Shown: positions 20,684-30,927, numbered from the stretch's first letter. The stretch: 64,000 nt of DNA from an uncultured Coriobacteriia bacterium (GCA_963726435.1 CAVSCJ010000007.1:129021-193020); one strand, 5' to 3'. Program-made: numbers and translations. Notes: generated by a model from the sequence alone, not told the origin.

Positions 20684-21308
20684 ATGAGCAAGAACCACAA
20701 CAAGACGGATCAGGCCAAGAAGGCCCCCGAGGCCGCCAAGGCCGTCGAGGTCGCCAAGAACGCCTCTGCCGCCAAGCCGGCGGGCACGTCTCCTGTCGCA
20801 CGCTGGGCGCTCGTCCTGACTCTCGCGATCCTGGCCTTCTCCGCGACCTACGGATACGCGATCGCGCGCGGATCCGGCGCTCCCGCCCCGGTCACATACG
20901 CCGCGGCGACGGCACCCGTCACTCCGCTCGGCACGGCTCCCGTGGCCGGCTCGACCGCGCCCAAAGTCCGGCGGCGCGGGCTGCGCATGCTGCGGCGGCG
21001 CGAAGGCTCCGGCCGGTGCGCAGACGAGCAAGCCGGCCGAAGTGGCCGGCAACGTTCAGAAGATCACCGTGGACACTTCCAAGGGCTACTACGACCCGTC
21101 CACGGTACAGTTGAAGGCGGGCATCCCCGCGGAGATCACATTCACGCAGGCGTCGGGGTGCCTCCAGTACGTGGAGTCGGCCGATCTCGGCTTCTCCGAG
21201 GACCTGAGCGGCGGCCCGAAGACCATCAAGGTCGGCCCGCTCGCAGCAGGTACGTACGGCTTCAACTGCGGGATGCAGATGCAGTTCGGCTCCATCGTCG
21301 TGAAGTAG
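20684..21308 (+). CDS. Membrane-anchored cupredoxin-like protein, frameshifted
   Basis: ATG 20684. [23 protein letters not shown] in frame 2. From about 20960 (CCCAAA) the sense frame is frame 0: [16 protein letters not shown]...[30 protein letters not shown]...[19 protein letters not shown]. Confidence 0.7.
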
Positions 21309-21318
21309 GCGCCTCCAC

Positions 21319-23933
21319 ATGACAGACACCAACCAGACACCCGCGCCGGTCGCACCTGCCGCGCTGCGTGACGCCACGTTCGGCATCACCGGGATGACCT
21401 GCTCGTCGTGCGCCACCGTCATCGAGAAGGTGGTCGGCAAGCTCCCCGGAGTCGCCTCAGCCAACGTGAACCTGGCGATGGAGCGCCTCTCGGTCTCCTA
21501 CGACCAGGCCGTGGTCGACGAAGCCGCCATAGTCGACGCCGTCACGCGAGCCGGCTACGGCGCGCTGCCACTCGGGTCGGGGGCGGAGGCCCCTGCGAAG
21601 GCGGCGTCGGCCTCCTCGCAGGCGAGCGTCACGTTGGGCATCGTGGGCATGACGTGCTCGTCGTGCGCCCTGGTCATCGAAAAGACTCTGAACCGCCTGC
21701 CCGGGGTCGCTTCGGCGAACGTCAACCTCGCGACCGAGATCGCCACCGTCATGTTCGACCCCGCCGTTCTCGGCATCGACGCTCTCATCGAGGCCGTGCG
21801 CGGCGCGGGATACGATGCGATGCTCCGCGTGGAGGAGCCGATCGCCGGCGAGGACCCGAACGACGCGCAGCGCCAGGCCCAGGAGCGTCATTGGCGGCTG
21901 GAGCGGCGTCTGTTCGTGTTCGCGCTCGTGCTGTCCGTGCCGGCCGCCGTCATCTCGATGGTCCCGCCGTTCATGACGAGTGTGCCGACGGCCGTCGCCA
22001 CATGGTTGGCCAACGCCATAGGCGGCGCCTGGGACCCCATGATGGTCGGCAAGTACATCGCGTTCGCCCTGGTCACGCCGGTGCAGTTCATCGCAGGCGC
22101 CCAGTTCTACCGCGGCTTCTGGCACGCGTTGAAACGCCGAAGCGGCAACATGGACACGCTGATCGCCATCGGCACCTCGGCGGCGTACTTCTACAGCGTC
22201 GCGGCCACGTTCATCCCGTCGCTGGAGGGCGAGCCGGTCTTCTTCGAGACGTCCGCCCTGCTGCTGACCTTCGTGATCTTCGGCAAGCTGCTGGAGGCCC
22301 GCGCGAAGGGCCGCACCGGTGACGCCATCAAGAAGCTGATGGGACTCGCCGCCAAGACCGCGCGCGTCGTGCGCGACGGCTTGGAGACCGATGTCCCTAT
22401 CGAGCAGGTCGTCGCAGGCGACGTGGTCGTGGTCCGCCCCGGCGAGAAGGTGCCTGTGGACGGGCTGGTGGTCGAGGGCCGCAGTAGCGTCGACGAGTCG
22501 ATGCTCACCGGCGAGTCCATCCCGGTGGAGAAGAACGTCGGCGACACTGTCATCGGCGCGACGATGAACAAGCTCGGGCTCGCTCAGGTTCCGCGCCACC
22601 AAGGTCGGCCGCGACACCGCGCTCGCGCAGATCGTGCGGCTGGTGGAGGAGGCGCAGGGCTCCAAGGCGCCCGATCCAGCGCTTCGCGGACCGCATCTCC
22701 GCGGTCTTCGTGCCCGCGGTCGTGGGCGCAGCCCTGCTGACCTTCCTTGTCTGGCTGTTCGCCGTCCCGAACTTCGTGGACGCGGCGACGTTCTACGCCG
22801 CCGCCACCCCCTTCGTCAAGGCGCTGCTCGCCGGCACCGCGGTCGTCGTCATCGCGTGCCCGTGCGCGCTCGGGCTCGCCACGCCGACCGCCATCATGGT
22901 CGGCACGGGCAAGGGCGCCGAGAACGGCATCCTGATCAAGAGCGGCGAAGCGCTCGAGACCGCCTACAAGATCAAGGCGATCGTCTTCGACAAGACCGGC
23001 ACGCTCACGCATGGCAAGCCCGTGGTGACCGACATCGAAGCAGCCGAGGGCCAGGATGCCACCGGCGTCTTCACCTTCGCGGCAGCGCTGGAGCGCAACT
23101 CCGAGCACCCGCTGGCGGAGGCGATCGTCGCCCGCGCGAAGGCCGACGCCATCGAGATCCCCGAGGTCGTGGGGTTCGAGGCCATCCCCGGGCACGGCGT
23201 CGAGGGAACGGTCGGTGGAGTGCGCGTCGCGTTCGGCAACCGCCGCCTGATGGTCCGCGAAGGCATCGACATCTCAGGATCCGAGGACCGCATCGCGCAG
23301 CTCGAGAGCGAGGGCAAGACGGTCATGCTCGTCGGGGTCCGGGATTCCGGGCTCGCCGGCATCGTCGCCGTGGCCGACACCCTCAAGGACAACTCGAAGG
23401 AGGCCGTTGCGACCCTGTCGAAGATGGGCGTCGCCGTCTACATGATCACGGGCGACAACAGGCGCACCGCCGAGGCCATCGCGGCTCAGGCGGGTATCGA
23501 GCCGGGCAACGTGCTGGCCGAGGTGCTCCCGGAGAACAAGGCCGAGGAGGTCGCCAAGCTCCAGGACAGGGGGCTGATCGTCGCGATGGTCGGCGACGGC
23601 ATCAACGACACGCCCGCGCTCGCGAAGGCCGACGTCGGCATCGCCATGGGCGCCGGCACGGACGTTGCGATGGAGACCGGCGGCATCGTGCTCATCAAGA
23701 ACGATCTGCGCGACGTCGTCACCGCCATCGAGCTCTCCCGCGCCACGATGCGCAAGATCCAGCAGAACTTCTTCTGGGCGCTCGGATACAACACGCTCGG
23801 CATACCGATCGCAGCGCTCGGTCTGCTTCGGCCGGAGCTCGCCGGCGCGGCGATGGCGCTCTCCAGCGTCAGCGTCGTGACCAGCTCGCTGCTGCTGCGC
23901 AGGTTCGTGCCCAGCTTCTCGAGGGTCTCGTAA
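21319..23933 (+). CDS. copA: Cu+-type P1B ATPase with two N-terminal HMA domains; two +1 frameshifts
   Basis: [13 protein letters not shown] and [45 protein letters not shown]. The frame changes at GGG 22576-22578 and at CCCG 22670-22673. The three ORFs 21319.., 22634.. and 22710.. join into one protein. Confidence 0.88.
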
Positions 23934-23960
23934 CCGGCACGCATCGGCGCCGTTCGTGAG

Positions 23961-23986
23961 CGCGGAGGAGGGCCCCTCCTCCGCGG
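23961..23986. terminator. Palindromic hairpin between copA and the convergent regulator gene
   Basis: CGCGGAGGAGGG/CCCTCCTCCGCG perfect palindrome. Confidence 0.5.
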
Positions 23987-24028
23987 TTCGTGCTCGCGCT
24001 GCCTTCACGTTAGTCGGCCGTGCATGCC

Positions 24029-24685
24029 TCACCCTGACCCGCAGCACCCCGGCTTCCGCGGCGCCGAGGCGGCGAGCGCCTTCAGCGAACAGGGGATGCG
24101 GAAGTAGGTGACCTGCATCCCCTCAGGATGATGCGGGCGCAGGACCGGCGTGAGCATGAGCGCCGCGTCGATCCCGGCCGCGTGCGCGGCGTCGAGCGTC
24201 CCTGCGACCGCGCCAGGCTCGCACGCGATGAGGACCACCGAGGCCAAGGCACAGCCGTTGGCCACTGACAGTTCCGAGAGCGGTCTGACCTCGATCCCGC
24301 TCACGACGAGACCCGCGTCGGCCTCGCGCTCGGAGAAACACGCGACCATGCGCATCCCGAACTCCTCCGCCGGGAAGATCCTCGTCAAGGACTCGAGTAT
24401 CGCGGCGCTTCCGATGGCGATGAACGGGTACTCGGACGAAAGCCCCAGATACTCCTCGAGCGCGTCGTAGAGCGTCGAAGGATCGTATCCGGCGCCGGGG
24501 CGGCCCTCAGCTTCGACGAACGACAGGTCGCGACGCACGGTCTCCTCGGCTACGCCGAGCTCGTCGGCGATCTCGTGCGACGTCAGCCGCCCCATCTCCT
24601 CGTCGCGAAGGCGCGCTCCGACGAGACAGTGGTACCTCGACAGACGGAGGATGGTCGCCTGCGGTGCCCGCTCGGATCCAGCCAT
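24029..24685 (-). CDS. Rex-family (redox-sensing repressor-like) transcriptional regulator with a C-terminal Cys-rich tail
   Basis: RBS AGGAG then ATG (complement of 24683-24685). Winged helix ATILRLSRYHCLV...EIADELGVAEETVRRDLSFVE..GRPGAGY. The Rossmann-like C-domain lacks a clear GxGxxG (IAIGSAAILESL). The tail is RIPCSLK...PGCCGSG. Confidence 0.65.
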   Translation of the reverse strand: MAGSERAPQATILRLSRYHCLVGARLRDEEMGRLTSHEIADELGVAEETVRRDLSFVEAEGRPGAGYDPSTLYDALEEYLGLSSEYPFIAIGSAAILESLTRIFPAEEFGMRMVACFSEREADAGLVVSGIEVRPLSELSVANGCALASVVLIACEPGAVAGTLDAAHAAGIDAALMLTPVLRPHHPEGMQVTYFRIPCSLKALAASAPRKPGCCGSG

Positions 24686-24770
24686 GTGTATCACTCCTGA
24701 GTTCTCGAGTGAGGGAGCGCGTGTCAACTCTACACCGAGGGCGGAGCGCTCCAAAGGAGGTCGGGCCACT

Positions 24771-24815
24771 CGTTCGAGGACGAACGGAATAGGGTAATAC
24801 GTTCGCGAGTGAACG
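24771..24815. promoter_or_regulatory. Two related inverted repeats in the divergent promoter region (candidate operators)
   Basis: CGTTCG-AGGA-CGAACG (24771-24786) and CGTTC-GCGAGT-GAACG (24800-24815). They lie between the Rex-like gene (-) and the cupredoxin lipoprotein gene (+). Confidence 0.4.
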
Positions 24816-24846
24816 AAGTCTTCGGCGACATAAGGGAGGGTCACGC

Positions 24847-25396
24847 ATGGAACGGTCGGGGGTCTCTGCACCTTGGGCTATCGCGCGTCGGGTTCTGCCG
24901 CTCGTGGTGTGTTTGGGCGCTGCCGCGTTGGCGCTGTGCGGATGTGGGACGAGCACCTCGGCGATGAAGCCCGCCAGTGGCGAGTCTGCGATGTCCGCGG
25001 CGGCCACCGGCAGCATGGCCGGCATGTCCGCGGTGGCCACAGGTTCGTCCGATCCTGATGCGCAGGGCTGCGCCGAGTGCGGTGGCCATGGAACGCCCAA
25101 GGAGACCACAGGGGCCGCCGATTCTCGAGAATGGCGTCCAGGTGATCTCGATAGCCGTCGACGGCGGCTACTACGTTCCGAACACTGTCACGGCCAGCGC
25201 CGGCACACCCATCAAAGTCGTCTTCACCGGCAAGGCCAAGGGCTGTGTCGCCAAGCCGACGTTCAAGTCGTTGGGCAAGAGCGGCGATCTCACGGGTACC
25301 GGGAAGGCGACCATCGATCTCGGCACGCTCGCGCCGGGAGTGTACGAGTTCACCTGCTCGATGGGCATGAACACCGGGACGATCACCGTCGAGTAG
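24847..25396 (+). CDS. Cupredoxin-like lipoprotein, frameshifted
   Basis: Lipobox LALCGCGTS. Met-rich linker, then GCAECGGHG. After about 25111-25121 the sense frame shifts +1: ILENGVQVISIAVDGGYYVPNTVTASAGTPIKVVF...GVYEFTCSMGMNTGTITVE. Confidence 0.7.
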
Positions 25397-25477
25397 CGAT
25401 GCGCCGGTCCTGTCGGCTCGCCCGTCGCCGTCCTACCGCTATGATCGACACGCTAGGGGACTCTCGTGGGAAGGACG

Positions 25478-26437
25478 ATGGTGCTCGCACAGGTGCGGCG
25501 CATCGGAGCCATAGCCGCCGCGGTAGTCGCGGCTCTCTCTCTCGCCGTCTACTCGTACGCATCCACGCGCAGTCCGCTGCAGATGGTAGGCGTCATCGCC
25601 GCGCCGGGGAGCGCCGCCATCGAGGCCAAGGACCAGGTCGGTCCCCCCGACCGGGTCGCGGTCCAGCGCGTGGTGGCTCCCGGTGACTCGTGGGTCGTCG
25701 CCTACATCGCCGGTCCGAACGGAACGCCCGGCGAACGGGTCGGAATGGCACGCGTGGGCGCGGGTGAGTCGCGCGACGTCGTTGTGCAGCTCAGCGCTCA
25801 CGTCGCCATGAGCCAGAAGCTGGTCCTCGTCCTGCACGCCGATCGCGGGGTGCGCGGGCTGCTGGAGTTCGACCCGGCGCGTTTCGAGTCGAGTCCCGAC
25901 AAGCCCTACTACGTCGATGGCTCGGAGGTCCTGGTGTCGCTCAGCAAAGACACGCAGGTCGCGGAACTCGAGGGGTCCGGTCTTACCGCCGAGGCGCAGG
26001 GCGTCGATGCACCGCCGGGGAGCGCGGTTCTCGAGGTCGGAGGCCGGATCTCCGTGATCGACCGCCTGGTCGTGGATCGCGTCGTGGCCCCGGCCGCTTC
26101 CTGGGTCGCGGTGTACCTTGTGGGTGACGACGGCGCGCCGACGGAACGCATCGGAGCGGTGCGGGTGGCTGCCGGCGAGACCCTGGGAGTGGTCGTCCCG
26201 ATCGACCCGCAGCAGCTCCTCACCGAGAAGGTCCTGGTGGCGCTGCAGGCCGATCTCGGCAAGGCCTCGGTCTTCGAGTTCGACGTGGCGCAGCCGAGTG
26301 CGGGCGTGGACGCGCCCTATGTGACCGAGGGCGTCGAGGTATCGACGGCGGTGTTCGTGCGACCATATGGCATGAGCGCCGACAACATGGCCGGTAGCGG
26401 CGGCGGAATGGGCGGCGGGATGCCGGGAACGCCGTAG
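25478..26437 (+). CDS. Membrane-anchored protein with two tandem about 110-aa repeats and a Met/Gly-rich C-terminus
   Basis: RBS GGAAGGA then ATG 25478. Repeat 1 is DRVAVQRVVAPGDSWVVAYIAGPNGTPGERVGMARVGAGE... Repeat 2 is DRLVVDRVVAPAASWVAVYLVGDDGAPTERIGAVRVAAGE... The tail is MSADNMAGSGGGMGGGMPGTP. Confidence 0.6.
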   Translation: MVLAQVRRIGAIAAAVVAALSLAVYSYASTRSPLQMVGVIAAPGSAAIEAKDQVGPPDRVAVQRVVAPGDSWVVAYIAGPNGTPGERVGMARVGAGESRDVVVQLSAHVAMSQKLVLVLHADRGVRGLLEFDPARFESSPDKPYYVDGSEVLVSLSKDTQVAELEGSGLTAEAQGVDAPPGSAVLEVGGRISVIDRLVVDRVVAPAASWVAVYLVGDDGAPTERIGAVRVAAGETLGVVVPIDPQQLLTEKVLVALQADLGKASVFEFDVAQPSAGVDAPYVTEGVEVSTAVFVRPYGMSADNMAGSGGGMGGGMPGTP

Positions 26438-26454
26438 CGAGAGGGCCGCAGCGC

Positions 26455-27015
26455 ATGTTCGAGCAGTTCGCATGGGTGGGAAGCGACCTCTACACCTCCG
26501 GCGCCGTCTCCAGCCACGGTGGCAACCTTTCGGTGCGCCTGGACGACCAGCGCATGCTCATCACCCGGACCGGGTCGATGCTCGGCCGGCTCACCGAGGC
26601 CGACATCATCGAGACCACTCTCGCCGACGTCGGCGACCCGCGCGACAAGGACTGCTCCGTGGAGCTCGTCGTCCACCGCGCGATCTACGCGGCCACGGGC
26701 GCGCGCGCGATCGTGCACGCGCACGCGATCCACACGGTCACCCGCTCCCTGTTCGAAGACGTCATCGTCCCGCCCGACTCCGAGTCGAAACTGCGCCTGA
26801 TCGACGTGCCGGTCGTCACGTCGGCCGTCCCGGTCGGGTCCCGGGAGGCGGGGGAGAAGCTCGCAGCGGTCCTGGAGGAGCGCCGGGTCGCCGTCCTGCG
26901 GGCCCACGGCCCCTTCGCGCGCGGAGAGTCGCTCGAGGACGCCTACCAGGCTGTCTCCTGCCTGGAGGCGAGCTGCAAGATCCTGAACCTGCTCGACTCG
27001 ATGGGGCGCAGCTGA
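26455..27015 (+). CDS. Class II aldolase/adducin-domain protein
   Basis: SSHGGNLSVR, LITRTGSMLG, ELVVHRAIY, AIVHAHAIHT. Confidence 0.75.
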   Translation: MFEQFAWVGSDLYTSGAVSSHGGNLSVRLDDQRMLITRTGSMLGRLTEADIIETTLADVGDPRDKDCSVELVVHRAIYAATGARAIVHAHAIHTVTRSLFEDVIVPPDSESKLRLIDVPVVTSAVPVGSREAGEKLAAVLEERRVAVLRAHGPFARGESLEDAYQAVSCLEASCKILNLLDSMGRS

Positions 27016-27025
27016 GCCGCGCCGG

Positions 27026-28036
27026 TCAGCGAGCCGCGACCTCCAGCTCGGTCAGCAGCTCCGCCTTGCGGAAGTCGTCCGCGAACGAGCCTTCGATGGC
27101 GTTGCGCGCCAGCGCCACCAGCTGCGCCTCGCTCAGCTCGAGCGCCTCGGATACCGCGCGGAAGTTGTCGCCCACGTATCCGCCGAAGTAGGCGGGATCG
27201 TCGGAGTTGACGGTCACCGCGAGCCCGGCCTCGAGCATGGTGCGAAGCGGATGGTCCTCGAGGCGGTCGAACACCTGCAGCGCCACGTTGCTCAGGGGGC
27301 ACACGGTCAGACACACGCGACCGCGAACCAGTCGCGTCACGAGCGCGCGGTCGTCAAGGCATCGCACTCCGTGGTCGATCCTCTCGGCGCCGAGCAGGTC
27401 GAGCGAGTCCGTGATGTAGGAGGCAGGGCCCTCCTCGCCCGCGTGGGCCACGGCGTGCAGGCCTGCTGTGCGGGCCCTGGCGAACACCTCAGCGAACTTC
27501 GAAGGCGGGTTCCCGATCTCACCGGAGTCGAGGCCGATGCCGTCGACCGGCGTCCCGTCGCCGAGCGCCTCCACGAGCGTGGCCATCGCGCTCTCCGCGC
27601 TCAGGTCGCGCAGCACGCACAGGATCAGCCGTGACGTGATCCCGTACCGGCCGCGGGCCTCGTCGAGAGCGCGACGGATGCCTGTGACCACTTCGCGGTA
27701 GGGGACTCCGCGCGCCGTGTGAGTCTGCGGGTCGAAGAACGGCTCGACGTGGCGTACGTTGTCCGCCGCGGCTCGCGCGAGATAGGCCCGTGTGAGGTCG
27801 AAGAAGTCGGCTTCGGTCCGCAGCACGGAGCACGACGCGTAGTAGATCTCGAGGAAGGACTGCAGGTCGGCGAAGCGGTAGGCGGCCCGCATGGCCTCCG
27901 CGGACGCGTAGGGGAGGGGGATGCCGTTGCGCCGGGCCAGCTCGAACGCCATCTCCGGCTCGAGCGTCCCCTCGACGTGAAGGTGCAGTTCGACCTTGGG
28001 AAGCCGGGTGATCAGGGCCGAGCGCGTCATCCGCAT
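27026..28036 (-). CDS. Adenosine/adenine deaminase
   Basis: LPKVELHLHVEGTL, AHAGEEGP, VNSDDPAYFG: the metal-dependent deaminase signature. Confidence 0.88.
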   Translation of the reverse strand: MRMTRSALITRLPKVELHLHVEGTLEPEMAFELARRNGIPLPYASAEAMRAAYRFADLQSFLEIYYASCSVLRTEADFFDLTRAYLARAAADNVRHVEPFFDPQTHTARGVPYREVVTGIRRALDEARGRYGITSRLILCVLRDLSAESAMATLVEALGDGTPVDGIGLDSGEIGNPPSKFAEVFARARTAGLHAVAHAGEEGPASYITDSLDLLGAERIDHGVRCLDDRALVTRLVRGRVCLTVCPLSNVALQVFDRLEDHPLRTMLEAGLAVTVNSDDPAYFGGYVGDNFRAVSEALELSEAQLVALARNAIEGSFADDFRKAELLTELEVAAR

Positions 28037-28184
28037 CCGTTTCCGCGACCAGGGAGTCTTTGACAGGTCAATACCCCAACCCGGCTGCCGCCCACTAGGC
28101 GGAAACGCGCGTCGATGCGGGGTCAGGCGGCCCCGGATGGGGGTAAGAACCGAGCGTCAGCGTGCCCGACCGGAGGGGGAGGCA

Positions 28185-28691
28185 ATGGACACCGGAACTC
28201 GTGGTCCCCGGCAGCCGTCGTATCTCGGTTCCGTGCCGCGGGATCCCGCCGCGGTCATCAGCGCGGCGACGCACGGGTATCTGCTGGGCGACGGGGAGCG
28301 CTACGTGGGCCAACTCCTGACGCTTCTCGACAACATCGAGCCGTCGGTCCGGTCGGAGGCCGCGACGGTTCTGGGCGTGATCGGCGACGAGCGCGTGCTC
28401 CCATCCCTCCGCTCGGCCACCGAGGACAGCGACGCGTCGGTCGCCGCCGCAGCCGCGCTCGCGCGCGCGCGGCTGGGCGACAACTCAGCTCTCCAAGACG
28501 CGTGCGAGCGCCTCTCCGTTCAACTGCGCTACGGCGATTCGGAGCAGAGAGCGCTCGCGGCGCGAGCTCTGGGCGCGCTCGGGCTGCACGACGCCTGCGG
28601 CCCGCTGGCCGATGCTCTGCGGGACTTGGATCCGGACGTGCGGATCGACGCCCGAGACGCCTTGGACCGGCTCGTCGCCACGGCGCACTAG
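28185..28691 (+). CDS. HEAT-repeat (PBS-lyase type) protein
   Basis: RBS GGAGGGGGAGG then ATG 28185. Repeated units VRSEAATVLGVIGDERVLPSL, AAAAALARARLGD, QRALAARALGALG, DVRIDARDALDRL. Confidence 0.65.
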   Translation: MDTGTRGPRQPSYLGSVPRDPAAVISAATHGYLLGDGERYVGQLLTLLDNIEPSVRSEAATVLGVIGDERVLPSLRSATEDSDASVAAAAALARARLGDNSALQDACERLSVQLRYGDSEQRALAARALGALGLHDACGPLADALRDLDPDVRIDARDALDRLVATAH

Positions 28692-28723
28692 AGGGGTCGT
28701 CCCTTCTCGACTAGCGACAGCGA

Positions 28724-28757
28724 AGAGGGGCCGGGGCGTTCGTGCCCCGGCCCCTCT
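28724..28757. terminator. Bidirectional GC hairpin
   Basis: AGAGGGGCCGGGGC-loop-GCCCCGGCCCCTCT between convergent genes. Confidence 0.55.
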
Positions 28758-28781
28758 CATGCGCCTTCAGTCAGCCCGCGC

Positions 28782-29546
28782 TCAGACGGCGGACCATCCG
28801 GCGTCGGCGGGGACGATCGCTCCATTGATGTGGATCGCCTCGTCGGAGGCCAGGAACAGGGCGAGGTAGGCGATCTCGATCGGCTTGAGGGCCGCCGGCA
28901 TGACAGCGTGCCACTTGCCGAGGACCGCCATCGCCGCCATGTCGATCTTCGTCTGGTCCACGCTGTTCATGATGTTGGTCTCGACGCCGCCGCAGGCCAT
29001 GGCGTTGCAGCGGATGCCGTCCAGGGCGTAGCGGTACGCCGTGTTCTTCGTGAGTCCCACGAGTGCGTGCTTCGACATCGTGTACGCGGCTCCGGCTGCG
29101 GCGCCGCCCATGCCAGCCGCCGAGGCGGTGTTGACTATCGAGCCGCCTCCGGCCTTGATCATGATCGGGATGGCTAGGCGGGACAGATTGACCGGGCCGC
29201 GGACATTGACGCTGAATACGCGGTCCATGGTCGCATCGTCCATCTCGGCGACACCCGAGAACAGATCCATGATCCCGGCGTTGTTGCACAGGATGTCGAG
29301 CTTGCCGTAGGTGTCGATAGCGCCGGCGACCATCTTGGCGCAGTCATCGACCTTGGAGACGTCTCCGCCGACACCCAGGATCTCGCCGCCGGCGGCGCGG
29401 GTCATGTCGCAGGTCTCCTTCAGGGTGTCCGCGTTCCACTCGCCTGCCACGACCTTGGCGCCCTCCTTCGCGAAGAGCTGAGCCATCTCGCGTCCCATCC
29501 CCGATCCTGCGCCGGTGATGAGCGCGACCTTGCCTTCGAGCCTCAT
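28782..29546 (-). CDS. Short-chain dehydrogenase/reductase
   Basis: RBS GAAGGAGGAT. MRLEGKVALITGAGSGMG, NNAG, Y..SK (YTMSKHA). The longer ORF-track call 28782..30536 is a read-through of the shadow frame. Confidence 0.85.
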   Translation of the reverse strand: MRLEGKVALITGAGSGMGREMAQLFAKEGAKVVAGEWNADTLKETCDMTRAAGGEILGVGGDVSKVDDCAKMVAGAIDTYGKLDILCNNAGIMDLFSGVAEMDDATMDRVFSVNVRGPVNLSRLAIPIMIKAGGGSIVNTASAAGMGGAAAGAAYTMSKHALVGLTKNTAYRYALDGIRCNAMACGGVETNIMNSVDQTKIDMAAMAVLGKWHAVMPAALKPIEIAYLALFLASDEAIHINGAIVPADAGWSAV

Positions 29547-29737
29547 GTGGATCCTCCTTCCGCGCGACACGGGAGCGTCGCGCCGTACGCTGCGGGGTGT
29601 CTGCCGGGACCCCGCGCGGATATGGGCGACGTGCAGGGCAGATTCGACCGCACGCCATGCACGGAGGAATGTACCCGTTAGCCGGGCGGTGCAGATGGGC
29701 GGCGGGCCCCCGCAGGGTCGGCTGAACAGGTCGGCGA

Positions 29738-30499
29738 CTACTGAGCGGTATAGCCGCCATCGACCGGAAGCGCGATCCCGGTGACGAAGGACGCCTTGTC
29801 CGAAAGCAGCCACACCACCGCCTCCGCGACCTCCTCGGGGAGCCCGAAGCGGTTCATGGCGTGCTTGGAGGCGATGAAGTTGTAGGTGTCGTCTCCCTTG
29901 TTGATGCCGGCCTTGCCCATCAGCGGCGTATCGATGAAGCCCGGGTTGATGGCGTTGACGCGGATGTTCTGCTGGCCGTACTCGATCGCGGCCGTCTGCG
30001 TCAGGCCGACCACGCCGTGCTTGGCCGATGTGTACGCGGAGGCCGTGCCGAACCCGACGAGCCCGAGGATCGAGCTGATGTTGACGATGGACCCGCCGCC
30101 TGAGGCGAGCATGGCAGGGACCTCGTAGCGCATCGAGTAGAAGACGCCGTCGAGGTTGATGCCGATCACCTTGCGCCAGCCCTCGGGGCTGTAGTCGCCC
30201 ACTAGGTTGGCCTCGCCGCCGATGCCGGCGTTGTTGACCGCCAGGTGCAGCCCGCCGAACGCGTCGACACTCGTCCTGACGGCGGTTTCGACCTGAGCGG
30301 GGTCCGCGACGTCGGCCTTGACGAAGATGGCCTTGCCGCCGGCGTCTTCGATCATCTTGACGGTCTCTTCGCCGCCGGCGACGTCTACGTCGGCCACGAC
30401 GACCTTGGCTCCCTTGCGCGCCATCAGAAGGGCGCACGCGCGGCCGATGCCGCTGCCTGCCCCCGTGACCAGCCCTACCTTGCCTTCGAGCTTGCTCAT
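29738..30499 (-). CDS. Short-chain dehydrogenase/reductase
   Basis: RBS GAAGGAGGC. MSKLEGKVGLVTGAGSGIG, NNAGI, YTSAKHGV. Confidence 0.85.
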   Translation of the reverse strand: MSKLEGKVGLVTGAGSGIGRACALLMARKGAKVVVADVDVAGGEETVKMIEDAGGKAIFVKADVADPAQVETAVRTSVDAFGGLHLAVNNAGIGGEANLVGDYSPEGWRKVIGINLDGVFYSMRYEVPAMLASGGGSIVNISSILGLVGFGTASAYTSAKHGVVGLTQTAAIEYGQQNIRVNAINPGFIDTPLMGKAGINKGDDTYNFIASKHAMNRFGLPEEVAEAVVWLLSDKASFVTGIALPVDGGYTAQ

Positions 30500-30608
30500 G
30501 AAGAGCCTCCTTCGTGGACGGGATGCCGAAAGGCATCTCCTCTCACGGAGCAGACTTTGTGCCATGCAGTTACAAGGCGGACGTGATGCAGTGAGTCGAG
30601 AGGAAGCG

Positions 30609-30694
30609 TGGTGCCCGGGGAGGGATTCGAACCCTCACGTGGTTTCCCACAAAGGCTTTTGAGGCCTCCGCGTCTGCCGTTCCGCCACCCGGGC
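30609..30694 (-). tRNA. tRNA-Leu (anticodon CAA), CCA encoded
   Basis: The reverse complement reads GCCCGGGTGGCGGAACGG...GAGGC-CUCAAAA-GCCUU...long variable arm...GAGGGTTCGAATCCCTC-CCCGGGC-A-CCA. The acceptor, anticodon and T stems all pair. Confidence 0.9.
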
Positions 30695-30927
30695 GCTGCA
30701 GCCATGCGGGCGGGCTCTGCCCGCCGTCAGCGCGCCGATTATAGGCGAAGCGGACCGGCCGACCAGCCTTCGCGGGCCGGCCACCTCCGTCCGCACCCCG
30801 CCGGGCAGCTGCACGCCCCGCTGGAGGGCGCGGCGCCAGGCTTCCGAGCGCCTACGGCGCAGGTTTCTGCGGGGTCGCGAGAGCGGAGCGCTCGAGGGCG
30901 GCGTAGCTGCTGGGATAGAATCGCCGC

